This document shows positions 1 through 9,833 of a DNA stretch of 64,000 nt, one piece after another; position 1 is the stretch's first letter; every line of letters begins with the position of its first letter. Under the pieces are notes generated by a model that ran no database searches, was not told the DNA's origin, and was given only the letters and a program-made list of their open reading frames with translations. The DNA comes from an uncultured Bacilli bacterium. GTDB lineage: Bacteria > Bacillota_I > Bacilli_A > RF39 > UBA660. Location of the stretch: the NCBI GenBank assembly GCA_934095865.1, contig CAKOKU010000004.1, positions 18,672 through 82,671 of the forward strand, given 5' to 3'. A program made the position numbers and the translations under genes.

Positions 1-402
1 CCTGTTTTAAATGAAGCTGGTAAATACTACGGGATTGATAAAATATATTACTATAACATCAAAGAAATACGCAGTTCTTACTCTTTTGATAGTGATAATA
101 AATTAGTAAAACAAGAAGGTACCGAATTATACAATTATTTATTAACTAAATTAGATAGCTTTTTAGCTGATTATTCAGTTACTGATAATAATAACAAAAG
201 TGTTAAAACAGGCGAAAAAAGAATTTATGCTCCAACTGTTGTTTTCATAAAAGAAGGCGAGGTAAAAGGTATTGTTGAAGGTACCGTTGATTCTCAAAAA
301 GATCCATATATTCTATTAGATGAGACGCAAAGAAAAGAATTGTATGATAAATACTTAGAATGCTTCAATAAATTAGCAGAAGTTTGTGACGAGAAATGTT
401 AA
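1..402 (+). CDS. C-terminal fragment of a thioredoxin-fold protein (5' end lies outside the window)
   Basis: Frame 1 is open from base 1 to TAA at 400..402. The translation ends ...RIYAPTVVFIKEGEVKGIVEGTVDSQKDPYILLDETQRKELYDKYLECFNKLAEVCDEKC. The APTVVF-x-x-G-x-V segment resembles the beta3-beta4 region of thioredoxin-like proteins. The CxxC region, if any, is upstream of the window. Confidence 0.4.
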   Translation, partial: PVLNEAGKYYGIDKIYYYNIKEIRSSYSFDSDNKLVKQEGTELYNYLLTKLDSFLADYSVTDNNNKSVKTGEKRIYAPTVVFIKEGEVKGIVEGTVDSQKDPYILLDETQRKELYDKYLECFNKLAEVCDEKC

Positions 403-420
403 AAAAGCATTTCTTTTTTT
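393..420 (+). terminator. Weak intrinsic terminator after the partial CDS
   Basis: GAAATG (393..398) pairs with CATTTC (408..413), followed by a T-run at 414..420. The stem is short and AT-rich. Confidence 0.35.
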
Positions 421-458
421 AAACGTTTTTATTATAATAATATTTGGTGGGTGATTTT

Positions 459-1733
459 ATGGAGCAAAATTTATTACCAGCAGATACATACGTGGTAGTT
501 AATAAAACGATTTTAACTCTAGAAGATCGCGATAATCTAATAACTTTATATGAGCCTATCATCGGTGCTAGTGCCGTAAGCTTATATTTAACTTTGTGGC
601 ATGACCTAAAATATAATAACTTGAAAAGTAAAGAATATAATCATCACCATTTAATGTCTTTAATGCGTCTCGATTTAAAAAGTATTAAAATAGCTAGAAA
701 ATCCCTAGAGGCTATGGGGTTAATGAAAACCTTTGTCAAAGCCGGTGATGTATATAGTTATATTTATGAACTTTATTCTCCTTTAAGTTGCAAGGAGTTT
801 TTAAATCATCCAGTTTTAAATGTGATTTTATACAATAACATTGGTAAGGAAGAATATGATGTCATTAAAAAATCATACGAGCGTAAAAGTCTTTCTTTAA
901 CGGATTATGAAGATATAACTAATACTATGAATATGACTTTTGCTTCATCTAACACCATAGAAGAAGTTGAAACCATTGAACGTAATAAAATTGTTGCCAA
1001 TGCCAAAGGGGTAATTGATTTTGATATGTTACTAGCATCTATTCCTAAAGATATTTTACAAGAAAAAGCCTTTAATAAAAAGGTTAGAGAACTAATTGAA
1101 AATTTGGCATTTGTTTATAATTTAAGCACCATTGAATTTAGTGAAATTATTAAAAATGTAATTAATGAACGTGGCTTCATTGTTCAGGATGAACTTCGTA
1201 AATTAGCGCGCAATTATTATACTTTTCATAATAACGGCAAGTTACCAACTCTTGTTTATAAAGCCTCTAACAATAACCCATTAGACAACATGAGTAAACG
1301 AGATAAAATGATTTACGTCTTTGAAAATACTAAACCTTATGATTTTCTAAAGAGTAAAAATCATGGCATTAAACCAACTAGTAGAGATTTAAGACTAGTA
1401 GAGAGCTTACTTTGCGATTTAAATATGAAACCAGCCGTTGTTAATGTTTTAATAGATTACGTTTTAAAAAAGAATGACAATAAATTAAATAAAAACTTTG
1501 TAGAAGCCATTGCCGGCCAGTGGGTAAGAAGTAATGTAAAAACTGCTAAAGAAGCGATGGCTCTTGCTGAAAAAGAACAGAAAAAACTAATGAAAGCTGC
1601 CCCAGCCACTATTAAAACCCCAGAAGACGTACCATCTTGGTTTAAAACTGAAATCAAGAAAAACGAAGCTACTATTGAAGAACAAAAAGAATTAGAAGAA
1701 TTAATGAAAGGAATCGAGTATGACCATAGTTAA
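459..1733 (+). CDS. dnaB: Replication initiation and membrane attachment protein, Bacillus-type DnaB (DnaD-domain family)
   Basis: Track ORF 444..1733. ATG at 459 follows a GGTGGGTGA RBS, so it is the likelier start. The size, the DnaD-like C-terminal region (NFVEAIAGQWVRSNVKTAKEAMALAEKE) and its position directly upstream of, and overlapping, dnaI match the Firmicute dnaB-dnaI operon. Confidence 0.75.
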   Translation: MEQNLLPADTYVVVNKTILTLEDRDNLITLYEPIIGASAVSLYLTLWHDLKYNNLKSKEYNHHHLMSLMRLDLKSIKIARKSLEAMGLMKTFVKAGDVYSYIYELYSPLSCKEFLNHPVLNVILYNNIGKEEYDVIKKSYERKSLSLTDYEDITNTMNMTFASSNTIEEVETIERNKIVANAKGVIDFDMLLASIPKDILQEKAFNKKVRELIENLAFVYNLSTIEFSEIIKNVINERGFIVQDELRKLARNYYTFHNNGKLPTLVYKASNNNPLDNMSKRDKMIYVFENTKPYDFLKSKNHGIKPTSRDLRLVESLLCDLNMKPAVVNVLIDYVLKKNDNKLNKNFVEAIAGQWVRSNVKTAKEAMALAEKEQKKLMKAAPATIKTPEDVPSWFKTEIKKNEATIEEQKELEELMKGIEYDHS

Positions 1734-2595
1734 AAAAACAAGACTAATTGAAAACAGTCTAAGAGATAATTATATTCGTGCCTTAAATAATCCTGAATTT
1801 AAAGAATTAATTGCTTTATTGCAAATAAGTGATAAAGAAGCAATGAAATATACCTCTAAATTAGAAGATTACTTAAGTGAGCAAAAAAATTGCAGTGTTT
1901 GTCTAGGACTCGCCGAATGCCGTAATGCAATAAAAGGTTATACTAATTATCCTCATAAATATAACAATCATTTAATGTTTTCTTGTGAAGCGTGCATTTA
2001 TAAAGCCAGAGAGTTAAAGAAAAAAGAGGCCGCTATGAATTATAGTAAAGAACTAAATAGGGCTTCTTTCACTACGATTATTAAAGATGATAAAAATCGT
2101 TATAAACTTATTAAATGGGCAGCTAACTTTATTAAGACTTATGATTATAATAAAAATATGAAAGGACTATATTTACACGGTAGTTTTGGGGCGGGTAAAA
2201 CCTATATTTTAAGTGCTACATTTAACGAATTGCAAAAAAGAGGTTTTAGTACTGAAATCGTGTATTTTCCTGAATTGTTGCGCTCTCTAACTGGCAATTT
2301 TGAGTATAGTAATGATATGATTAGTACGCTTTGCCAAGTTGATTTACTTCTAATTGATGATATTGGGGCAGAAAAAGTAACCGAGTGGGGTCGTGATGAA
2401 ATTTTAGGAACCATCCTTCAAAGCAGAATGAATAATCAAAAAGCAACCTTTTTTACCTCTAATTTTACTATTAAAGAATTAGAGAATCACCTGTCTTGTG
2501 GCGGCCTTGCCAAGGTTAAAGCAAACAGAATTATTGAACGCATAAAACAACTAACCGAAGATATGGAAATAATTAGTGAGAATATGCGTAAATAA
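1720..2595 (+). CDS. dnaI: Primosomal helicase loader DnaI
   Basis: N-terminal Cys-rich zinc module (CSVCLGLAEC...CEAC). AAA+ Walker A GSFGAGKTY and Walker B LLLIDDIG. Overlaps the dnaB stop. Confidence 0.85.
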   Translation: MTIVKKTRLIENSLRDNYIRALNNPEFKELIALLQISDKEAMKYTSKLEDYLSEQKNCSVCLGLAECRNAIKGYTNYPHKYNNHLMFSCEACIYKARELKKKEAAMNYSKELNRASFTTIIKDDKNRYKLIKWAANFIKTYDYNKNMKGLYLHGSFGAGKTYILSATFNELQKRGFSTEIVYFPELLRSLTGNFEYSNDMISTLCQVDLLLIDDIGAEKVTEWGRDEILGTILQSRMNNQKATFFTSNFTIKELENHLSCGGLAKVKANRIIERIKQLTEDMEIISENMRK

Positions 2596-2615
2596 TGTAA
2601 ACTTAACTAAAGTCT

Positions 2616-2644
2616 TTGACTATATTAAACGTTATGTATATAAT
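2616..2644 (+). promoter_or_regulatory. SigA-type promoter for uppS-cdsA-rseP
   Basis: TTGACT (2616..2621), 17-nt spacer, TATAAT (2639..2644), about 22 nt upstream of the uppS RBS. Confidence 0.6.
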
Positions 2645-2666
2645 TAAGTAAGATGAAGGAGTATAT

Positions 2667-3374
2667 ATGGAAGATTTAAAAATACCTAATCATGTAGCTA
2701 TTATACTTGATGGTAATAGACGGTGGGCAAAAAAGCACTTGCTACCTAAGTTAGAAGGGCATAAAAGAGGGTTTAACAATATCAAGAATATTGCGAAATA
2801 TATATTTAATAAAGGGGTTTCATATTTATCAGTTTATTGTTTTTCTACTGAGAATTTTAAAAGAGAAGTTAGTGAAGTAAGCTACTTGATGGATTTATTT
2901 GTTAAAGAATTTAGAGAGTCTGCCCAAGAATTAGCAGATAACAATATAAAAGTTGTTTTTAGTGGGCGTTCGACTGGTTTAAGAGAAGATGTGCTAGAAG
3001 CCATTGAATACTTAAAAAATAAAACAGCTACTAAAACAGGAGGCATTCTAAATATTTGTCTTAATTATGGTGGTCAAACAGAAATTGTTGACGCTTGTAA
3101 GAAAATAGCTTTGCAAGTTAAAAATGATGATCTAAATCTAGAAGCCATTGATATTAATACTTTTAATAACTATTTATACCAAAATTTACCACCAGTTGAT
3201 TTAATGATTCGTACCGGTGGTGACTTAAGAGTTAGCAACTTTTTATTATGGCAAATTGCTTATGCAGAAATGTATTTCCCTGATGTATACTGGCCAGATT
3301 TTAATGAATTAGAATTTGACAATGCTATTCTTGCATATAATGGTAGAGAAAGAAGATTTGGAGGCGGTAAATAG
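2667..3374 (+). CDS. uppS: Undecaprenyl diphosphate synthase (cis-prenyltransferase)
   Basis: Motifs HVAIILDGNRRWA and RTGGDLRVSNFLLWQ; C-terminal RERRFG. Confidence 0.95.
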   Translation: MEDLKIPNHVAIILDGNRRWAKKHLLPKLEGHKRGFNNIKNIAKYIFNKGVSYLSVYCFSTENFKREVSEVSYLMDLFVKEFRESAQELADNNIKVVFSGRSTGLREDVLEAIEYLKNKTATKTGGILNICLNYGGQTEIVDACKKIALQVKNDDLNLEAIDINTFNNYLYQNLPPVDLMIRTGGDLRVSNFLLWQIAYAEMYFPDVYWPDFNELEFDNAILAYNGRERRFGGGK

Positions 3375-4159
3375 TGAAAAAAAGAATAATTAGTGGGGCT
3401 GTTATTGTTGCCATTTTTCTTCTTGGCTTTTTACTAGGACCAGTTGCCTTTAAAATTTTAGTAGGAGCAATCGCCCTTTTAGCTTTTAGAGAAATTATCA
3501 GTTTACCAAATATTAAAAATCATTTAAGCTTGCCTATAACAATACTAAGTTTTATAGCTTTCTTTGGCCTTATCTATATTGTTAATGATAATTACGGCTT
3601 ATATATTGGTATGTCTTATCAAATGTTGGCATTAGTACTGTTTGTTCATATTATTCCAACATTATTTTCTAAAAAATATGATTCTGAAACTTCTTTGTTT
3701 TTAACTAGTATTTTCTTATTGTTAGGAATTTCTTTAAATTCAAGTATTATGATTTATACATCTAACAAATGGATATTATTATATATAATTAGTGTAATAA
3801 CAGCCACTGACGTTTTTGCTCTTCTAATTGGATCTTATATTGGAAACCATAAATTATCTGCTATTTCTCCTAATAAAACGGTGGAAGGTGCCATAGGCGG
3901 CCTAGTTTGCGCTACTATTATTGGTACTTTTTACTATTTAGCTGTAATTGGTAACCAATCGGTATTAAGAGTAATAATAATGAGTATTCTAATAAGTGTA
4001 TTTGGTCAAATTGGAGATTTATTCTTTAGTAAGATAAAAAGAGAAAATAAAATAAAAGATTACTCCAATATTATTCCTGGCCATGGTGGTATTTTGGATA
4101 GAATTGATAGTTTATTATTTGGTGTACTTTTATACACTTTATTGTGTACAATTTTATAA
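3374..4159 (+). CDS. cdsA: Phosphatidate cytidylyltransferase
   Basis: Polytopic membrane protein with the C-terminal signature SKIKRENKIKDYSNIIPGHGGILDRIDS. Follows uppS as in most Firmicutes. Confidence 0.9.
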   Translation: MKKRIISGAVIVAIFLLGFLLGPVAFKILVGAIALLAFREIISLPNIKNHLSLPITILSFIAFFGLIYIVNDNYGLYIGMSYQMLALVLFVHIIPTLFSKKYDSETSLFLTSIFLLLGISLNSSIMIYTSNKWILLYIISVITATDVFALLIGSYIGNHKLSAISPNKTVEGAIGGLVCATIIGTFYYLAVIGNQSVLRVIIMSILISVFGQIGDLFFSKIKRENKIKDYSNIIPGHGGILDRIDSLLFGVLLYTLLCTIL

Positions 4160-4184
4160 TTAATTAAGAAAAAGAGGGAAAGAT

Positions 4185-5234
4185 ATGGTAATAATTAGTA
4201 TCATTGTATTAATTTTAATGTTGGGAGTTTTGGTTTTATTACATGAAACAGGGCACTTTTTAGTAGCCAGAGCCTTTGGCGTTCATGTCTATGAATTTTC
4301 TGTTGGTATGGGACCACTAGTTTTCAAGCATATAGCTAAAAGTGGTATTCAGTATTCGATTCGTGCTCTGCCAATCGGTGGGTATGTTCAGTTAGCAGGA
4401 GAAGTAGCCGAAGATGATAATAAGATACCAAAAGATAAATTTATGTGTAATAAACCTTGGTGGCAACGAATCTTAATTTTATCTGCTGGCGTTATAATGA
4501 ATTTTATTACAGCCTTTGTATTACTATTTTTAATCGGAATTGTATTTGGTTCTACTAGTACGACACCTAAAATTGCTAAAGTAATGGAAGAATCTTCCTT
4601 TGCAGAAGCTGGTGGCCATGATGGTGATGTAATCTTAAGTGTTGATGGTAAAACTACAAAAACTTGGGATCGTGCACAAGTTTTATTAACGCTAGATAAT
4701 AAAAAAGAATATTATGAAATTAAAGTTTGCCATGAAGACAATACCGAAGAAACATTAAAAGTAGCACCTAAAGAAACTACTGATGAAAATGGTAACAAGT
4801 CAAGAGTATTTGGAATAACTATTTATCAGGAAAAAACGCAAGGCTTCATGGCAGCTATTAAATATGCGGCCTCAAAATTCCAAAGTATTTATGAATCAAT
4901 GTTTACTATTCTTTATGGTTTATTTACTGGTCGTCTATCTGCTAATTCCTTATCAGGACCAGTTGGTATGTATAAAATAGTTAATGAGTCTCTAGCCTTA
5001 GGATTTGCCCAAATTTTATATTTAACAGCTTATATTTCTATAAATTTAGGCTTTATGAATTTCTTACCATTCCCAGCTTTTGATGGCGGTCATATTCTAT
5101 TTGTTGTCATTGAAAAAATTAGAGGTAAAAGAGTAGATGCTAATATAGAAGGGTATTTCCATATGGCTGGTTTCATAATACTATTCTTGCTAATGATAAT
5201 AATTACAATCAAAGACATAATCGGGTTATTCTGA
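4185..5234 (+). CDS. rseP: Site-2 zinc metalloprotease, M50 family (RseP/RasP)
   Basis: HETGHF in TM1, a central PDZ-like segment, a second motif NFLPFPAFDGGH, and TGA stop. Confidence 0.9.
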   Translation: MVIISIIVLILMLGVLVLLHETGHFLVARAFGVHVYEFSVGMGPLVFKHIAKSGIQYSIRALPIGGYVQLAGEVAEDDNKIPKDKFMCNKPWWQRILILSAGVIMNFITAFVLLFLIGIVFGSTSTTPKIAKVMEESSFAEAGGHDGDVILSVDGKTTKTWDRAQVLLTLDNKKEYYEIKVCHEDNTEETLKVAPKETTDENGNKSRVFGITIYQEKTQGFMAAIKYAASKFQSIYESMFTILYGLFTGRLSANSLSGPVGMYKIVNESLALGFAQILYLTAYISINLGFMNFLPFPAFDGGHILFVVIEKIRGKRVDANIEGYFHMAGFIILFLLMIIITIKDIIGLF

Positions 5235-5359
5235 TTATGCCTTTTTAAATTTTAAAAAATCTTAATTAAATGCAAAAATTTTCTTTGCCAAATTTAAAAA
5301 AATGCTTTATAATATGAATAATTTGCCCCTTTAGGAAATAATAAGAAATAAAGAAAGAA

Positions 5360-6355
5360 ATGTCAGTTGCTATGAAAAATGAATTAACATTAGAAAATTT
5401 TGTTAAAGGTTTAATCAAAACCTATACTAGCTGTAAAGTTACAATGTCAGCCCTAGGTCCCCAAGAGTCAACAATTATTAGGCTCTTATCAACTAAGCTT
5501 AAAAATTACTATGAAGTTAATGCTAGTGGCTTTAAAAAATATGTAAGTTTGATGCAAATTGAGTATTTTTTAATAACTGATTTTAGTGATATAGATTCTA
5601 CTGGTTTTAATATTGAAGATGTCTATGCTTTATTTGATAAGATAGATTGGGACTATCAAAATACAATTGATTATTTTTTTAACAGTGGTTATTTAGCATT
5701 TATGATGGAAAGAATAGTAGAAGAATACATTGAGAGTGATGGCTATTCCTATAATGCTTTAGCAAAAGCCTATGATTCTAAACAATGCCGTGAGATAATC
5801 GAACACCTACATCCGGATATCAAAGCTGAAGATAGAGCCATTGAAAGAAGAATCCAATTTCAAAATGCCGCTATTTTATTTGGCAAGTACAATATAGAAT
5901 GCCCACTTGAATATTATTTAGGCATTAAAGAATTATATACCCTTAGTGAAAGTACCCAATTAACATTACCTTATGCTAGAAAGCGCTTGCTTGAAATAAA
6001 ACAGCAAAATTATGGTCTATATTGTGATATTTTAGCTTCACTTTATAAAATATTTTATCCTTATGCCGTCGAAGAAACTTTTAATTATAATAAGAATGCC
6101 GCTGGCAGTGAATTTAATGCCGAAAAAGATCACGCTTCTAAGAATTTTATTCATGAATTAGAAACAAAAAGTATTGAAGATATCACTTCTGTTATTGCCG
6201 TTAATGAAGAAATTGATTTCTTACTAGAAGCCTACATAAGACATAATCCTGAAGAGTACGAGCAATTAGTAGCATCTCTACCAGCTAGTAAGAAACTGAT
6301 TTTAAAAAGATTATCTAAAGGAAAGGAAAATGCCGATGACCAAAAAAGTGCCTAG
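5360..6355 (+). CDS. Hypothetical cytoplasmic protein, 331 aa
   Basis: Long ORF on the dominant coding strand with an upstream TTGCCA-N18-TATAAT promoter-like element. No family recognised. Its 3' end overlaps the next gene by 26 nt. Confidence 0.6.
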   Translation: MSVAMKNELTLENFVKGLIKTYTSCKVTMSALGPQESTIIRLLSTKLKNYYEVNASGFKKYVSLMQIEYFLITDFSDIDSTGFNIEDVYALFDKIDWDYQNTIDYFFNSGYLAFMMERIVEEYIESDGYSYNALAKAYDSKQCREIIEHLHPDIKAEDRAIERRIQFQNAAILFGKYNIECPLEYYLGIKELYTLSESTQLTLPYARKRLLEIKQQNYGLYCDILASLYKIFYPYAVEETFNYNKNAAGSEFNAEKDHASKNFIHELETKSIEDITSVIAVNEEIDFLLEAYIRHNPEEYEQLVASLPASKKLILKRLSKGKENADDQKSA

Positions 6356-7664
6356 AAAAATTTATTTTTTCCTTTTCTCTTTTTTAGTTATAATTTTCCT
6401 TCTTTTTTTATTGCTTAAATCCTATTATCATAGTAAATCTAAAGAAGAAGTAGTACCAGAAGTTAATAATTTGCCTAATTATTTAGTTATTTATCAAGAT
6501 GAAGCATCTACTTATCTTACTGATACTACTAATAATATTTATAAATATAATAATCTTGATTTGACTTTGGGCCAAACTTATAAAATCAAGTTTAATGATG
6601 ATTCCAAAGCAAATATTACCGAGATTACTAGAAATGATGCCGAGTTTCATTTAGACAGTTTATTTAATAAATACATATCAAACGCTGAGGAAATAGTGGC
6701 TAAAATGAGCCTAGAAGAAGCTATTGGGCAACTCTTATTAGTTCATTATGACCAAGCTACTGTTAATGACCTTAATAAATATTATTTTGGAGGTTTTGTT
6801 TTATTTGCAGATGCTTTTAAAGATAAGTCGAAAGAGGCTGTAATCAAAATGACTAGCACCTTACAATCTCAAGCAAATATCCCTTTATTATTGGCAGTTG
6901 ATGAAGAGGGTGGAAATGTTGTAAGAGTAAGCAGTAATAAAGCCCTAAATGCAGAAAAATTTTTATCCCCACGTAATCTATATCAAAAAGGCGGAATGGA
7001 ATTAATTATTGCAGATAACAAGACTAAAAACACTTTACTAGCATCATTAGGTCTAAACATTAACTTAGCACCCGTTTTAGATATATCAACTAATAATAAA
7101 GACTATATTTATTCCCGTTCAATCGGACTTAGTCCAGAAGAAACAGGCTATTTTGCTAAAGCTATAATTGAATCAAGTCAAGGTAGTGCGATCTCTAATG
7201 TTTTAAAACATTTTCCGGGTTATGGTGCTAACCTTGACACTCATAAAAACACCTCTATTGATAATCGAAGTTTAGATGATATAAAAACAGGCTTAATACC
7301 TTTTCAAATGGGAATTGATGCCGGCACTGAGGCCATCATGGTATGTCATAATGTTGTAACTGCCTTTGATAGCGAAAACCCTGCCTCTATTTCCTTAAAT
7401 ATTCACAATTATCTTCATAAAGACATGGCCTTTCAAGGTATTATCATGACCGATGATCTTTCTATGAGTGCAACTAAAAGTATCAAAAATATTGGCGTCC
7501 AAGCTCTGCTGGCGGGTAATAATATTTTAATAGTAAAAGATTATGTAAAAATAACTAAAGAAATAATTTTGGCAATCAATAAAGGCCATTTAAGCGAACG
7601 TTATATAAGAGAGTTGGCTATCAAGAATATTAGTTGGAAGATGTATAAAGGCTTAATAAATTAA
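6330..7664 (+). CDS. Membrane-anchored glycoside hydrolase family 3 beta-N-acetylhexosaminidase (NagZ-like)
   Basis: N-terminal TM anchor (IYFFLFSFLVIIFLLFLLL). GH3 motifs KHFPGYG and MTDDLSM. Confidence 0.8.
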   Translation: MPMTKKVPRKIYFFLFSFLVIIFLLFLLLKSYYHSKSKEEVVPEVNNLPNYLVIYQDEASTYLTDTTNNIYKYNNLDLTLGQTYKIKFNDDSKANITEITRNDAEFHLDSLFNKYISNAEEIVAKMSLEEAIGQLLLVHYDQATVNDLNKYYFGGFVLFADAFKDKSKEAVIKMTSTLQSQANIPLLLAVDEEGGNVVRVSSNKALNAEKFLSPRNLYQKGGMELIIADNKTKNTLLASLGLNINLAPVLDISTNNKDYIYSRSIGLSPEETGYFAKAIIESSQGSAISNVLKHFPGYGANLDTHKNTSIDNRSLDDIKTGLIPFQMGIDAGTEAIMVCHNVVTAFDSENPASISLNIHNYLHKDMAFQGIIMTDDLSMSATKSIKNIGVQALLAGNNILIVKDYVKITKEIILAINKGHLSERYIRELAIKNISWKMYKGLIN

Positions 7665-7723
7665 TTTTTGCCAACAAATTAACTGCCTTTTATTTAATTA
7701 ATCAAAAAATTTCCAGGTTTTAG

Positions 7724-7752
7724 TTGCGAACTGATATGGAGTTTGATACAAT
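7724..7752 (+). promoter_or_regulatory. SigA-type promoter for rpsB-tsf
   Basis: TTGCGA (7724..7729), 17-nt spacer, TACAAT (7747..7752) with an upstream TGa extended -10. Leaves a leader of about 110 nt. Confidence 0.55.
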
Positions 7753-7869
7753 ATTGCTGGCTTTAAAAGTCAAATATTCATATTTATCCAGGTGTTTAAT
7801 CGAGTGCCGAAGAGGTGATTAATACCGTTTTAAAGATAAATAGAAGACATAACGAAGGAGGGATTTTTA

Positions 7870-8757
7870 ATGGCTGTGGTTTCTATTAGTAATTTATTAG
7901 AAGCTGGGGTTCATTTTGGTCATCAAACCAAAAGATGGAATCCAAAAATGAAGGAATATATCTTCACAACAAGAGATGATATTTATATCATTGACTTACA
8001 AAAAACACTAAACTGTATGGAAGAAGCATATGCAAAGATTAGTGATATTGCCAAAAATGGTGGTACTTTCTTATTTGTTGGTACTAAAAAACAAGCTCAA
8101 GAAGCTAGTGTTGAATGTGCAAATCGTTCTAAATCATTCTATGTAACTGAAAGATGGTTAGGTGGAACTTTAACAAACTTCAGAACAATCAGAAGAAGAG
8201 TTAAAAGATTAGAAGAAATTGAAAAAATGGAAGAAAACGGTACATTTGATGTATTACCTAAAAAAGAAGTTATTCAAATCAAGAAGGAATATGAAAAACT
8301 TAATAAATTATTAGGTGGTATTAGAGAAATGGTAAAATTACCAGATGCTATGATTATCGTTGATCCTAAAAAAGAATATAATGCAATTAGAGAAGCAAGA
8401 AAACTAAATATTCCTGTATTTGGTATTGTTGATACTAACTGTGATCCAGATGACGTTGATTATGTTATTCCAGGTAATGATGATGCTGTTCGTTCAGTTA
8501 AAATCGTTCTAGGAGCTCTAACTAACGCTATTTGTGAAGCAAATGGTTTAGAAGTAATTGATTATGTTACAGAAGAAAAAGATAAACCAAAAACTGAAGT
8601 TAAAGAAGAAAAAGATTCTGAATTAGAAGAAATGCGTAAGGCTGATGAATTAGAATCTAAATCAATTCAAGAATTAAAATCTATGGCTAAAGCTCGTAAA
8701 GTAAAAGGCTATACTAATATGAAAAAAGATGAATTAATTGCATCTTTAAATAAATAA
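7870..8757 (+). CDS. rpsB: 30S ribosomal protein S2 with an approximately 55-aa C-terminal extension
   Basis: [23 protein letters not shown] and the rest of the S2 core. The tail is [15 protein letters not shown]...[36 protein letters not shown]. Confidence 0.97.
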   Translation: MAVVSISNLLEAGVHFGHQTKRWNPKMKEYIFTTRDDIYIIDLQKTLNCMEEAYAKISDIAKNGGTFLFVGTKKQAQEASVECANRSKSFYVTERWLGGTLTNFRTIRRRVKRLEEIEKMEENGTFDVLPKKEVIQIKKEYEKLNKLLGGIREMVKLPDAMIIVDPKKEYNAIREARKLNIPVFGIVDTNCDPDDVDYVIPGNDDAVRSVKIVLGALTNAICEANGLEVIDYVTEEKDKPKTEVKEEKDSELEEMRKADELESKSIQELKSMAKARKVKGYTNMKKDELIASLNK

Positions 8758-8771
8758 TATAAGGAGTATTT

Positions 8772-9650
8772 ATGGTTACTGCACAATTAGTAAAAGAATT
8801 AAGAGATGCTACTAATTTAGGCATCTTAGATTGTAAAAAAGCTTTAGAAGCAACTAATGGCGACATCGACGCTGCGATGGAATGGTTAAGAGAAAAAGGT
8901 ATCTCTAAAGCTGCTAAGAAAGAATCAAGAATTGCCGCAGAAGGTCTTACAAATATTTATGCCAATGACACTAAAGCTGTTATTGTTGAAGTAAATGCTG
9001 AAACTGATTTTGTTGCTAAAAATGATGATTTCAAAAAATTAGTTGATGATATTGGTAATGCTATATTAAATAGTGATGTTACTACTATGGAAGAAGCTAA
9101 TAATTTAACAGTAAATGGAACAACTATCAGTGATTATGTTGTTGCTATGACTGCTAAAATTGGTGAAAAACTATCATTCAGAAGAATGGAAGTTATTACT
9201 AAAAATGCTGACGAAGTAATCGGAAGTTATTTACATATGGGTGGTAGAATTGCTGCTGTATGCCTTGTAAAAGGTAACAACGCTGAAGTTGCTAAAGATG
9301 TAGCAATGCAAGCTGCTGCTATGAAACCAGAATTTACTTTTGAAGCTGATGTTCCAGCTGATAGAGTAGCCAAAGAAAAAGAATTATTAAAAGAAGAAGC
9401 AATGAAAGAAGGCAAACCTGCTGAAATTGCTGAAAAAATGGTTGCTGGTAGACTTAAAAAATTCTTTAAAGAAATTTGCTTAGTTGATCAAGAATTTATT
9501 AAAGATGGCGACGTTGATGTTAAGACTTATTTAAAAAATAACAACTGCGAATTAGTTAAAATGGTTCGTTATGAAGTAGGCGAAGGAATCGAAAAGAAAC
9601 AAGAAAACTTTGCTGAAGAAGTTATGAGCCAAATTAATGCTGCTAACTAA
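8772..9650 (+). CDS. tsf: Elongation factor Ts
   Basis: UBA-like N-terminus LVKELRDATNLGILDCKKALEATNGDIDAAMEWLREKG. Full-length EF-Ts directly after rpsB. Confidence 0.97.
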   Translation: MVTAQLVKELRDATNLGILDCKKALEATNGDIDAAMEWLREKGISKAAKKESRIAAEGLTNIYANDTKAVIVEVNAETDFVAKNDDFKKLVDDIGNAILNSDVTTMEEANNLTVNGTTISDYVVAMTAKIGEKLSFRRMEVITKNADEVIGSYLHMGGRIAAVCLVKGNNAEVAKDVAMQAAAMKPEFTFEADVPADRVAKEKELLKEEAMKEGKPAEIAEKMVAGRLKKFFKEICLVDQEFIKDGDVDVKTYLKNNNCELVKMVRYEVGEGIEKKQENFAEEVMSQINAAN

Positions 9651-9668
9651 TATTTAGTCAAACTAAAA

Positions 9669-9716
9669 GGAACTGCCTAGGAATTAATCAATTAATTTCA
9701 AGCAGTTCTTTTTTAT
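9669..9716 (+). terminator. Intrinsic terminator after tsf
   Basis: GAACTGC (9670..9676) pairs with GCAGTTC (9702..9708), with partially self-pairing AT-rich interior sequence, followed by a T-run. Confidence 0.55.
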
Positions 9717-9833
9717 AAAAATTGTGCTAAAACTAAAATAGTTAGCATTTATCAAAGGATACAATATTTTAAAATGAGAATGTATAAACTTTCTACAAAT
9801 ATGTCCAGTTTTACATAATTAGGAGTATAGAAT

